This document shows positions 1-7,847 of a stretch of DNA of 17,584 bases, in pieces; positions within the stretch are counted from its first letter, which is position 1; each line of letters starts with the position of its first letter. A program made the translations under genes and the position numbers. Under the pieces are notes generated by a model. It worked only from the letters and a program-made list of their open reading frames with translations. It had not been told where the DNA came from and made no database searches. Source of the DNA: a candidate division WOR-3 bacterium (GTDB lineage: Bacteria; Hydrothermota; Tepidihabitantia; Tepidihabitantales; JAOUPE01); the NCBI GenBank assembly GCA_039801565.1, contig JBDRUX010000051.1, forward strand, positions 1 through 17,584, in the 5' to 3' direction.

Positions 1-178
1 CAGGGTTCTTATCTGGACATGAAAGAATTAGAAGAATGGGATCGAAAAAACGGTATTTCCGATACCGAAAAATCAACTATTGGAGTATGAAATTGCAGAC
101 AATTTGTTACTTGACCGGAAAAATTAGCGTAACCGACGGAAGACCAAGACGATAGACGAAAAAATTGGTCATTTTTAG

Positions 179-196
179 GTTGAAATATATTTCAAC
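179..196. promoter_or_regulatory. Perfect 18-bp palindrome, candidate transcription-factor operator
   Basis: GTTGAAATA|TATTTCAAC is self-complementary and lies in the AT-rich intergenic region ~400 bp upstream of the thiolase operon. Confidence 0.4.
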
Positions 197-498
197 TTTT
201 TAGGGTACAAAACTTGTGCTTTATTTATTACTTAACCCGTAGTTATCTCAATATCATTGGCCAAACAAGCAAATTCGTTTCACTTAGTACTAATTGGTTC
301 TACGGAAATTGATTTTCAGTCTTTTCTTTGCGCGAAAACTGAAATTTTAGGTTAGCAATTATTCCTTATACAGTAAATAAATGGTAAACATAAAACATTT
401 TTGGTTAAGTTTTAAGATTTTATTAATATTTTTGAGCGGGTAGTTAAAAGCATATCGAACTAAATCTAAACGATTCCTCTCTGGTTAAAATCGCTTTA

Positions 499-526
499 TT
501 GACTTAACCAAATTTTTCGATAGTAT
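499..526 (+). promoter_or_regulatory. Sigma70-type promoter of the thiolase/DUF35 operon
   Basis: TTGACT (499-504), 16-nt spacer, TAGTAT (521-526). SD AAGGAGGT at 588-595 precedes ATG 599. Confidence 0.6.
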
Positions 527-598
527 TGAACCATCGAATGAATCTAAGCAAAATTCGAAAACACCAGAAAAAACCAAAACTTTTTTCAAGGAGGTGCA

Positions 599-1750
599 AT
601 GTCAGATAGAATAGCAATTGTTGGCATTGGCGCCACCCAATTCCGTTCCATCAGTCCGGATGTCTCTTATAAGGAACTGGTCTTTGAAGCTGCGGTTAAA
701 GCCTACGAGGATGCGGGAATTGACCCAAGAAAGGATGTGGATGTCTTTGTAACTTGTGCCGAAGATTACAACGAAGGTACCTCAATCTTTGACGAATACA
801 CCCCTGACCAATTGGGTGCAACACTCCGTCCGATGCACACAATTACTCAAGAAGGTTTGACTGGCTTGGCAGCGGTTTATTTACAACTGCGGACCGGGGA
901 ATTTGGAATTGGTGTGGTCGAAGCCCATTCCAAGGCTTCGAATATGCTAACACCAGATGGTATTGCGGCTTGCGCTTTGGATCCAATCTACAATCGTCCA
1001 CTTCGGATTAATCATCATGCGATCGCTGGTTTAGAGATGCATCGGTTTCTGTTCGAAACCGGAATTACTGAAGAACAATGTGCCAAAGTCGTCGTGAAAA
1101 ATCGAAAAAATGCCCTACAGAATCCTTTTGCGGCTTATGGTGCCAATCTTACCATTGACGATGTCATAAAGAGTGATTGTGTTGCTTGTCCCTTAAACGA
1201 ATTGGATATCGCCCAACCAGCCGATGGTGCAGTTGTCATAGTTCTTGCCAATGAAGAAAAAGCCAAGGCATTAACCAAAAAGCCGATTTGGCTGCGGGGA
1301 ATTGGTTGGATAAACTGCACGCCAACCTTAGAGAGTCGAGATTGGGCAAAGGCGACCTATTGTGAAAAAGCCGCCGAAATGGCATATAAGATGGCAGGAA
1401 TTAAAAATCCGAAAAAAGAGATTGACTTTGCCGAAATAGATGACACCTTCTCTTATAAAGAACTGCAACACCTTTCGGCAATGAAATTAGGTTGTGAGTG
1501 CGAAATGGGTGTTTGGATTGATACCGGTGTGACTGAACTTAGTGGCGAATTTCCGGTCAACCCTTCAGGTGGTTCATTAGGTATGGGGCATCTGCTTGAA
1601 GCATCCGGCTTGGCTCGGGTCTATATGACGGTAAAACAACTACGGGGCGAAGCAGGAAAACTACAAGTCAAGGATGCAAATACCGCACTTATCTCTGCTT
1701 GGCGCGGCATACCTACCACTTCTGGTGCGGTTGCAATATTATCCAATTGA
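599..1750 (+). CDS. Thiolase-fold protein (SCP-x/lipid-transfer type, Ltp4-like), lacking the nucleophilic Cys
   Basis: 383 aa. N-terminal IAIVGIGAT, ADGAVVIVL, VNPSGGSLGMGH and QLRGEAG thiolase motifs. HTITQEGLTG occupies the usual Cys-loop position. Strong SD. Confidence 0.9.
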   Translation: MSDRIAIVGIGATQFRSISPDVSYKELVFEAAVKAYEDAGIDPRKDVDVFVTCAEDYNEGTSIFDEYTPDQLGATLRPMHTITQEGLTGLAAVYLQLRTGEFGIGVVEAHSKASNMLTPDGIAACALDPIYNRPLRINHHAIAGLEMHRFLFETGITEEQCAKVVVKNRKNALQNPFAAYGANLTIDDVIKSDCVACPLNELDIAQPADGAVVIVLANEEKAKALTKKPIWLRGIGWINCTPTLESRDWAKATYCEKAAEMAYKMAGIKNPKKEIDFAEIDDTFSYKELQHLSAMKLGCECEMGVWIDTGVTELSGEFPVNPSGGSLGMGHLLEASGLARVYMTVKQLRGEAGKLQVKDANTALISAWRGIPTTSGAVAILSN

Positions 1751-1763
1751 AAGGAGACTAAAA

Positions 1764-2924
1764 ATGGGTAGAAGAGTTGCCATCGTTGGTGCTGGAATGA
1801 CCAAGTTTGTTCGCCGTGCCCAAGAGACCGGTAAAGAATTATGCTGGGAAGCAGCCAAGGCGGCTTTGGATTCTTGCGATATGACCTTAGACCAGATTGA
1901 TTGCGTGGTCTTGGGGACCGCTCCGGATACCTTTGACGGTGTCCATATGAAAGGTGAATACCTTTCGGATGGTGCTGGTGCTTGGGGTAAACCCTATATG
2001 CGCTCTTATGTTGGTGGTGGTACTGGTGTCTTTGCTCCGATCCACGGCTGGTATCATATCGCCTCAGGTCATTTTGATACTTGTCTTGTTGTCTGTGAAG
2101 AAAAGATGTCTTCTTATCAGCCCCATCCCCAAGGAGCATTTTTAACTATCTTTGACCATACCACCGAAAGACCACTCAAGCCCAATCTCTTATGGATATT
2201 CGCTCTCGAGATGAACCGTTATATGACGACCTATGGTTTTAAGAAAGAAGATATTGCCCGAGTTGCGGTGAAAAATAAGAAGAACGCCTTAGACCATCCT
2301 GCAGCCCAAATTGCTGAAAAGGTGACGATTGAAGATATTCTCAATTCCGAAGTCCTGGCTTGGCCCGTGCAAAGATTGGATGTTAGCCCGGTTTCGGATG
2401 GTGCAGTGGCAATTGTGATGACCAATGAGAATGTGGCACGAAGGGTAACCAGTAAACCAGTCTGGGTCGAAGGAGTTGGCTGGGCATTGGATACTGCCTA
2501 TTGGACAAATCGTGACTTATGCTATCCCCGTTATGTTGAAGTGGCAGCCCGAATGGCTTATAAGATGGCAGGCATTACTGACCCAGCGCACGAGATTCAT
2601 GTCGCTGAACCTTATGACCCGTTTGACTATAAGGAATTACATCATATGGAAGGTTTAATGCTCTGTGGCAAAGGTGAAGCACCAATCATCACGGCTGAAG
2701 GTAAGACCGAACGGGATGGCGAACTACCAATCTGTCCGTCCGGTGGTCTATTAGGAGTTGGCAATCCAATTGCTGCTGCTGGCTTAATGAAAGTGGCGGA
2801 AATCTTCTGGCAGTTAAGAGGCGAAGCTGGTAAACGACAGATTGCGCGTAAGGCAAAACGCGGCTTGGCGCAAGCCTGGGGCGACCTGATGCAAGTTGGT
2901 ACGGTGATTGTCTTAGGAATATAA
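1764..2924 (+). CDS. Thiolase-fold protein (Ltp3-like), lacking the nucleophilic Cys and the GHP His
   Basis: Start moved from 1674 to ATG 1764 (SD AAGGAG at 1751-1756; MGRRVAIVGAGMT). 386 aa with SDGAVAIV, AEPYDPF, PSGGLLGVGNPIAAAG and QLRGEAG. Confidence 0.9.
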   Translation: MGRRVAIVGAGMTKFVRRAQETGKELCWEAAKAALDSCDMTLDQIDCVVLGTAPDTFDGVHMKGEYLSDGAGAWGKPYMRSYVGGGTGVFAPIHGWYHIASGHFDTCLVVCEEKMSSYQPHPQGAFLTIFDHTTERPLKPNLLWIFALEMNRYMTTYGFKKEDIARVAVKNKKNALDHPAAQIAEKVTIEDILNSEVLAWPVQRLDVSPVSDGAVAIVMTNENVARRVTSKPVWVEGVGWALDTAYWTNRDLCYPRYVEVAARMAYKMAGITDPAHEIHVAEPYDPFDYKELHHMEGLMLCGKGEAPIITAEGKTERDGELPICPSGGLLGVGNPIAAAGLMKVAEIFWQLRGEAGKRQIARKAKRGLAQAWGDLMQVGTVIVLGI

Positions 2925-2933
2925 GGAGGAAAT

Positions 2934-3440
2934 GTGCTTACGGCTAAAGATTTAATGGGGACTGGACTTTCCAGTCAAGACTTTAAACAGAAGAAGATAT
3001 TAACCGAGAAATGGACTGCCAATGCTAAATACGGTTGGGACTGTGGGATTGCGATTGGTCGCTACTTATCGGAACTGAAGAATGGTAGAATAATTGGGAT
3101 TAAATGTCATAAATGCAATCGAATCGTTGTGCCACCGAGAATCTTTTGTGAGTGGTGCTTTAAGCCGATGGACGAATGGGTCTATCTAAAAGACACCGGG
3201 ACTGTCAATACCTTCTCGCTCTGTTATGTGGCTTGGAATATGGAACGGTTAACCGAACCGCAAATTCCAGCGGTGATTGAAATTGATGGCGCATCACCAG
3301 GAATGGGTATAATGCATCTCATATCGGAAATTGACCCCAAGAAAGTAACAAGAGGGATGAAAGTGAAAGCGGTCTGGCGACCGGAAAACGAACGAACCGG
3401 CGCTATAACCGATATTAAGTACTTCAAACCAATAAAATAG
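2934..3440 (+). CDS. DUF35 Zn-ribbon + OB-fold protein (thiolase/aldolase partner)
   Basis: CHKC...PPRIFCEWC zinc ribbon, GTVNTFS and GMKVKAVW OB-fold motifs. GTG start after SD AAGGAGG. Confidence 0.9.
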   Translation: MLTAKDLMGTGLSSQDFKQKKILTEKWTANAKYGWDCGIAIGRYLSELKNGRIIGIKCHKCNRIVVPPRIFCEWCFKPMDEWVYLKDTGTVNTFSLCYVAWNMERLTEPQIPAVIEIDGASPGMGIMHLISEIDPKKVTRGMKVKAVWRPENERTGAITDIKYFKPIK

Positions 3441-3449
3441 GAGACAAAG

Positions 3450-3932
3450 ATGGCATTCAAAACCCGAATCACTAAAGCTCTTAATGCCAAACCTTGGTAT
3501 GGCGAATTACCGGTCGAGAGTCTTTATACGATGGGCATTGCTGGTGAAAAATTCTTCCGCACCCTCAAGGATAAAGGAAAAATAATTGGTGTGCGTTGTG
3601 AAAATTGCGATTATGTCTATGTGCCACCAAAAATGTATTGCGAGCGGTGTTTTGCCAAGTTAGACAAGATGGTTGATGTTGGTTTAACTGGCACTCTAAC
3701 CTCTTTTACTTTGGTCTATGTGGATGTTGATGGCAATCCTTTGCCTAAGCCCGAGATAGTGGGACTGATTCAATTGGATGGCGCTTCAACTAATCTAATG
3801 CATCGTCTGGGTGAATGTGAAATTGATGAATTATGCATTGATATGCGTGTAGAAGCGGTCTTAAAACCAGCCACCCAGAGAACCGGCTCAATTAACGATA
3901 TAAAATACTTCAAGCCGAGTAAGAAACGATAG
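3450..3932 (+). CDS. Second DUF35 Zn-ribbon + OB-fold protein
   Basis: CENC...PPKMYCERC, GTLTSFT and MRVEAV motifs. C-terminal RTGSINDIKYFKP parallels RTGAITDIKYFKP of the preceding paralog. SD AGGAG. Confidence 0.9.
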   Translation: MAFKTRITKALNAKPWYGELPVESLYTMGIAGEKFFRTLKDKGKIIGVRCENCDYVYVPPKMYCERCFAKLDKMVDVGLTGTLTSFTLVYVDVDGNPLPKPEIVGLIQLDGASTNLMHRLGECEIDELCIDMRVEAVLKPATQRTGSINDIKYFKPSKKR

Positions 3933-3970
3933 GTCAATAGTCCAAGACTTTTAAAAGTCGGACTTTTAAT

Positions 3971-4091
3971 AATCAGGGCGGGGAAAAATCCCCGCCCTTG
4001 TTATTTTTAAACGATTCACGGTCAACGAACACGAAATGCGTAGCATAGGTTGAGTGAAACGAAACCAATCACGGATTTCACTCCATCTTCT
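3971..4091 (+). repeat. Modular intergenic repeat copy 1 (type A)
   Basis: Hairpin AGGGCGGGGA-AAAA-TCCCCGCCCT (3975-3998), 28-nt core AACGAACACGAAATGCGTAGCATAGGTT (4024-4051) and CCATCTTCT end. Closely similar to 5562-5680 and 8201-8303. Confidence 0.92.
3975..4008 (+). terminator. GC-rich stem-loop with T-rich tail, probable intrinsic terminator of the thiolase operon (also the head of repeat copy 1)
   Basis: 10-bp stem, 4-nt loop, followed by TGTTATTTTT, ~40 nt after the stop at 3932. Confidence 0.65.
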
Positions 4092-4150
4092 CGGCGCTCT
4101 AAAAATGAGCAAACCTATCTCTTGGCTCACATAATCACGCACGCAACGCA

Positions 4151-4178
4151 TTGACTTCGAAGTAAAATAGAATAAAAT
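4151..4178 (+). promoter_or_regulatory. Sigma70-type promoter with leaderless geometry
   Basis: TTGACT-N16-TAAAAT, then 6 nt to ATG 4185; no SD. Confidence 0.7.
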
Positions 4179-4184
4179 TAATTT

Positions 4185-4616
4185 ATGATTGCCAATAAAC
4201 TTAAAAAAGAAACGCTTGCCAAGTTAACCGATTATTTTGCCCATCGCCCTGAAATCATTGCTGCTTATATCTTTGGCTCATTAATAACTGGCAAGGTTAG
4301 AAAAGGGAGCGATATTGACATCGCCTTGATTTGCCAAGAAAATCTCATAAAAAATCAATTAACCTATCGAATTGCTATTATCACTGATTTGATGAGTTTG
4401 TTGAAAAGAAAAGTTGATGTGGTGATATTAAATTCAGTCAATCTTCTTTTAAGGGCTCAGGTTTTCCAAAAAGGGTTATTAATTTACGAGTCGGATTCTA
4501 AAGAAAGAGTATCATTTCAGGCTAAATCAATGGGTTTATACTATGATTATAAAAGATATTTCGAATTTCATTCCCAAAACTTAAAAAAGAAGATAAAGGC
4601 TTATGGTCTTGGATAA
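4185..4616 (+). CDS. mntA: MntA-family minimal nucleotidyltransferase antitoxin (type VII TA)
   Basis: GSx10DxD motif (GSLITGKVRKGSDID) and VDVVILN. Overlaps the downstream HEPN gene by 14 bp. Confidence 0.88.
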   Translation: MIANKLKKETLAKLTDYFAHRPEIIAAYIFGSLITGKVRKGSDIDIALICQENLIKNQLTYRIAIITDLMSLLKRKVDVVILNSVNLLLRAQVFQKGLLIYESDSKERVSFQAKSMGLYYDYKRYFEFHSQNLKKKIKAYGLG

Positions 4617-5028
4617 AAAGGTTATTGAGGCGCGACTGCGAAGACTTGACCGCGCGGTCAATAAATTAAAGCGATTCGCAAAAATTAGCCGAGCCGATTA
4701 TCTTGCCAATGAAGATTACCAAGAATTAGTTGAGCGGAATTTTCAGGTAGCAATACAAACTTGTATTGATATTGCTAATTACCTCATCGCCCAAGAAAAC
4801 TTGTCAGTACCAGACGAGGAAGAAAATATTTTCGTCACTTTGTCAAAAAGCAAAATAATACCGAAAGCTTTGGGCGAACGGATAAAAGGAATGATTGGAT
4901 TTCGGAATATATTAGTTCATGAATATCTTGGCATAGACCATAATTTAGTATATGATTTACTCCAAAATCGGTTAGCGGATTTTGATAACTTTGCCAAGGC
5001 AATCGTTACTTTCTTAGAAAAAGATTAA
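4603..5028 (+). CDS. hepT: HepT-family HEPN ribonuclease toxin (DUF86)
   Basis: Rx4HxY motif (GFRNILVHEY) and VERNFQVAIQTCIDIA helix; paired with the MNT gene. Confidence 0.88.
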   Translation: MVLDKKVIEARLRRLDRAVNKLKRFAKISRADYLANEDYQELVERNFQVAIQTCIDIANYLIAQENLSVPDEEENIFVTLSKSKIIPKALGERIKGMIGFRNILVHEYLGIDHNLVYDLLQNRLADFDNFAKAIVTFLEKD

Positions 5029-5077
5029 TTAAAAATATACTTTAAATTACAAAATAGTTCACGCTCAAGAACGAGTA

Positions 5078-5299
5078 GTGGAAAGAGGAACAACGGAAAA
5101 TGAAATCGAAGCGGTTCTTTCAAAAGGAACTGAAGTTGCAGCCAAGAAAGGTAGAAAAGCCAAAGAAATGGTTTTTGATTATGGGAAAGAGTGGCTTGGA
5201 AAATCTTATTCTCAGAAGAAAGTTCGGGTAATTTATGTTATGGAGAACGGTGACATTGTCGTCATTACCGTAAAAGTATATTATGGAAGATGGAGGTAA
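5078..5299 (+). CDS. DUF4258-family (RelE-like fold) putative toxin; 5' end uncertain
   Basis: The frame is open upstream to 5033 and reads ...IVHAQERVVERG, the HAxERxxERG motif. C-terminal IVVITV. Precedes DUF2283. The only canonical start (GTG 5078) lies inside the motif. Confidence 0.7.
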   Translation: MERGTTENEIEAVLSKGTEVAAKKGRKAKEMVFDYGKEWLGKSYSQKKVRVIYVMENGDIVVITVKVYYGRWR

Positions 5300-5301
5300 A
5301 A

Positions 5302-5511
5302 ATGAGGATTACTTATGACCCAAAATATGATTTGCTTTATCTGAAATTAGGTGAGGCAGGAAAAGTCATTGGTAAGGATGTCGACGAAGACATTACTATT
5401 GACCTTGATGCACAAGGGAAAGTAGTTGGAATCGAGATTCTTTCCGCATCCCAACATCTTGACCTCAGAGCCTTATTACCGGTGGAGATAAAAGAAGAAG
5501 CGCTCAAGTAA
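5302..5511 (+). CDS. DUF2283-family putative antitoxin
   Basis: MRITYDPKYDLLYLKL...IDLDAQGKVVGIEILSAS signature. Start set at ATG 5302 using SD GGAGG at 5292-5296. Confidence 0.85.
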   Translation: MRITYDPKYDLLYLKLGEAGKVIGKDVDEDITIDLDAQGKVVGIEILSASQHLDLRALLPVEIKEEALK

Positions 5512-5561
5512 TTCCAATTTTCGTTATCCAAATAATTTCAAATTAGATAAGGGAAGTTTGA

Positions 5562-5680
5562 AATCAGGCGGGGATTTCTCCCCGCCCGTATTATTTTCAA
5601 CGGTTCACGCTCAACGAACACGAAATGCGTAGCATAGGTTAAGTGAAACAAGACCAATCACGGATTTCACTCCATCTTCT
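5562..5680 (+). repeat. Modular intergenic repeat copy 2 (type A)
   Basis: GGCGGGGA-TTTC-TCCCCGCC (5567-5586), identical 28-nt core (5613-5640), CCAATCACGGATTTCACTCCATCTTCT end. Confidence 0.92.
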
Positions 5681-5700
5681 TCATAACAAGCAAAGAATGC

Positions 5701-5729
5701 TTGACTTTCCATTTTCGATTAGTTATACT
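5701..5729 (+). promoter_or_regulatory. Sigma70-type promoter of the ATPase gene
   Basis: TTGACT-N17-TATACT, 33 nt upstream of ATG 5763. Confidence 0.6.
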
Positions 5730-5762
5730 GTAAGTAGTCCGATTTTATATATTTTTCAGACT

Positions 5763-7064
5763 ATGAAAGAGATTATTAAACCGATAATTTTTGAGTGGCA
5801 AGAAAGAAAGTTGCCCAGGATAATTCCTCGGGAAGTTAACTTATCAAATTATTTAAACTTAACGGTCAGGAAAGTAATCGTCATCACTGGTTTTCGGCGG
5901 GTGGGAAAGACTTATTTAGTTTTCGGACTAATTGATAATCTATTAGGCAAAACCGATAGAAAAGATGTCTTATACATCAATTTTGAAGATGAAAGGATTC
6001 CGCCAAGAACCGAGTTTTTAACTGCCCTCTTGCCGACGATTAAAGAGACCTTAGGACACCTGCCGAGTTATCTCTTTTTGGATGAGATTCAAACCATTCC
6101 GGATTGGAGTAAATGGTTACGACGGGTTTATGATAAGGAAGCGATAAATTTCTTTGTTACCGGTTCATCCTCTAAAATGTCTTCTAAAGAAATTCCGACC
6201 GAATTGCGTGGACGCTGTTTAGAGGTCAAAGTCTACCCTTTATCTTTTCGTGAATTCTTAAAGTTCCAAAATATCGAACTCGACTTAAAAAATCTTCCCT
6301 ATTTAGAAAATCAAAAAGCGACAATGATGCGGGCATTGAATGAATACCTTCATTATGGCGGAATGCCAGAAGTGGTCTTAGCCGAAGAGTTAAAAAAGAC
6401 CGAGATTTTACAGCAATATTATGCAACGGTGGTAAGAAGAGATATTATCGAGCGGTTTAAAATAAAAAATGAAGAAGGATTAAAAGGACTCTTGCAACTT
6501 CTCTTGAATTCTACCATTTTTACGACGAATCGTCTTTACAATAATCTGAAAAGTACTGGGTTTAAAATTGGTAAAACGACGCTTTGTCATTATTTGGCTC
6601 ATATTGAAACTGCCTATTTTCTTAAGTCCTTGCCAATTTTTTCTTATAAAATAAAAAACCAACTCCAATATCCAAGAAAGGTCTATTTTATTGACAACGG
6701 CTTCATCACCACCCTCTCTTTAAAATTCTCCAAAAATCTGGGTCGCCTTTACGAAAATGTCGTTTTCCAAGAATTACAGAGGCGCTTCAAAGAAGACGAA
6801 ATCTTTTATTGGCGGGATGAAAAACAACGGGAGGTTGATTTTGTCATTAAAAAGGGATTGAAACCAGAAATGTTGCTTCAGGTCGCATATGATGTTGAAG
6901 ACTTTGAGACCAAAAGACGCGAGACGACTGCTCTTTTGCGCGCGAGTAATGTCTTACAATGCAATCGCTTAATAATAATTACCGCGGACTACGAAACGGA
7001 AGAAAAAATGAAAGGCAAGCGAATAAAATTCCTGCCCTTATGGAAATGGCTTTTAAGTGAATAA
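5763..7064 (+). CDS. AAA+ superfamily ATP-binding protein (AAA_14 + DUF4143 type)
   Basis: Walker A GFRRVGKT, Walker B LFLDEIQ, VTGSSS, GGMPE, KVYFIDNG, YENVV and EVDFV. Start moved to 5763 because the 5643 extension runs through the repeat and promoter. Confidence 0.9.
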   Translation: MKEIIKPIIFEWQERKLPRIIPREVNLSNYLNLTVRKVIVITGFRRVGKTYLVFGLIDNLLGKTDRKDVLYINFEDERIPPRTEFLTALLPTIKETLGHLPSYLFLDEIQTIPDWSKWLRRVYDKEAINFFVTGSSSKMSSKEIPTELRGRCLEVKVYPLSFREFLKFQNIELDLKNLPYLENQKATMMRALNEYLHYGGMPEVVLAEELKKTEILQQYYATVVRRDIIERFKIKNEEGLKGLLQLLLNSTIFTTNRLYNNLKSTGFKIGKTTLCHYLAHIETAYFLKSLPIFSYKIKNQLQYPRKVYFIDNGFITTLSLKFSKNLGRLYENVVFQELQRRFKEDEIFYWRDEKQREVDFVIKKGLKPEMLLQVAYDVEDFETKRRETTALLRASNVLQCNRLIIITADYETEEKMKGKRIKFLPLWKWLLSE

Positions 7065-7068
7065 AACT

Positions 7069-7242
7069 GACAGGGATTTCTCCCCGCCCTTGAATCTTGA
7101 ATAACGGTTAAATCTTCCTCTGTGTCTTTGTATCTCTGTGGCTAATTCTTATTCCATTTTTACCATCTTTTTCGTCGCGGTGAATTGATGTCGCTTTGCT
7201 CCATCGACGCTTCGCTGTGCCTCGCTTCAAGACGGAAAATAA
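7069..7242 (+). repeat. Modular intergenic repeat copy 3 (type B, hairpin left arm degenerate)
   Basis: GACAGGGA-TTTC-TCCCCGCC, then ~95 nt nearly identical to copy 4 (CTTGAATCTTGAAT...CTCTGTGGCTAATTCTTATTCCATTTTTACCATCTTTTTCGTCGC). An extra segment precedes the shared tail CGCTTCAAGACG (7223-7234). Confidence 0.88.
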
Positions 7243-7280
7243 TCATTTTAGATTCGGTTATCTCTAATTTTTCTTAGGAC

Positions 7281-7308
7281 TTGACTTATTTATTATTCTT
7301 TATATAAT
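7281..7308 (+). promoter_or_regulatory. Sigma70-type promoter with leaderless geometry
   Basis: TTGACT-N16-TATAAT, then 6 nt to ATG 7315; no SD. Confidence 0.78.
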
Positions 7309-7314
7309 AAAACT

Positions 7315-7518
7315 ATGGAGCGATATTTCACACTTGAATATTGGATTGATGAAGGTTGGTATGTTGGAAGACTTAAAGAAGTACCGGGGGTATTCAGCCA
7401 AGGTGAAACGCTTGAAGAATTGGAAGAAAATATCCGCGAGGTTTATAAGCTAATGACCGAAGAAGAAACATTGCCGTTTGCGCAAATTCAGACTAAAGAA
7501 TTAAAGGTTGAGGTGTGA
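7315..7518 (+). CDS. hicB: HicB-family antitoxin (short form, no obvious DNA-binding domain)
   Basis: WYVGRLKEVPGVFSQGETLEELEENIREV partial RNase H-fold signature, 67 aa. Confidence 0.88.
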   Translation: MERYFTLEYWIDEGWYVGRLKEVPGVFSQGETLEELEENIREVYKLMTEEETLPFAQIQTKELKVEV

Positions 7519-7694
7519 AGCGGAATGAATTCATTCGGGAACTGGTTGATAAAGGGTGTTATTTAAAGCGACATGGCAGAAATCATGACATATACTTAAA
7601 CCCCCAAAATGGCAGAAAAGCACCTATTCCCCGACATACTGAAATAAAAAATTCCCTTTGTGAACTAATAAGAAAACAACTTGGACTGAAGTAA
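7515..7694 (+). CDS. hicA: HicA-family toxin (59 aa, absent from the ORF track)
   Basis: GTGA overlap with the hicB stop. Translation MKRNEFIRELVDKGCYLKRHGRNHDIYLNPQNGRKAPIPRHTEIKNSLCELIRKQLGLK has the GxxH and IPRH motifs. Confidence 0.9.
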   Translation: MKRNEFIRELVDKGCYLKRHGRNHDIYLNPQNGRKAPIPRHTEIKNSLCELIRKQLGLK

Positions 7695-7840
7695 TCAGGC
7701 GGGGATTTCTCCCCGCCCTTGAATCTTGAATGACGGTTAAATTTTCTCTGTGTCTTTGTGTCTCTGTGGCTAATTCTTATTCCATTTTTACCATCTTTTT
7801 CGTCGCAGTGTTTGCGACCGCTTCGAGACGATAGAAATAA
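7693..7840 (+). repeat. Modular intergenic repeat copy 4 (type B)
   Basis: AATCAGGCGGGGATTTCTCCCCGCC overlaps the hicA stop. Body matches copy 3; tail GCTTCGAGACGATAGAAATA matches copy 6. Confidence 0.92.
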
Positions 7841-7847
7841 ACTCTGT

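Noticed and set aside
1..155. Possible 3' end of an upstream gene (frame 1 open to 90, frame 3 open to 155)
   Set aside because: Too short to assign a frame or product.
1674..1763. Longer N-terminus of the second thiolase
   Set aside because: It overlaps the first thiolase; the SD and family N-terminus point to ATG 1764.
1135..3490. Shadow ORFs within the thiolase/DUF35 operon (1135-1320, 1621-2139, 1954-2145, 2231-2425, 2476-2658, 3224-3490)
   Set aside because: Antisense or off-frame to well-supported genes.
3966..4151. 61-aa minus-strand ORF (similarly 7583-7861)
   Set aside because: These are translations of the intergenic repeat or antisense to hicA, with no recognisable protein features.
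5609..5644. attC-like ends in type A repeats (GCTCAAC ... GTTAAGT fit RYYYAAC/GTTRRRY)
   Set aside because: The span is only 36 nt, shorter than known attC sites. No L boxes are evident, copies 1 and 5 fit less well, type B copies lack it, and no intI is present.
5643..5762. N-terminal extension of the AAA ATPase
   Set aside because: It runs through repeat copy 2 and the promoter; ATG 5763 is more plausible.
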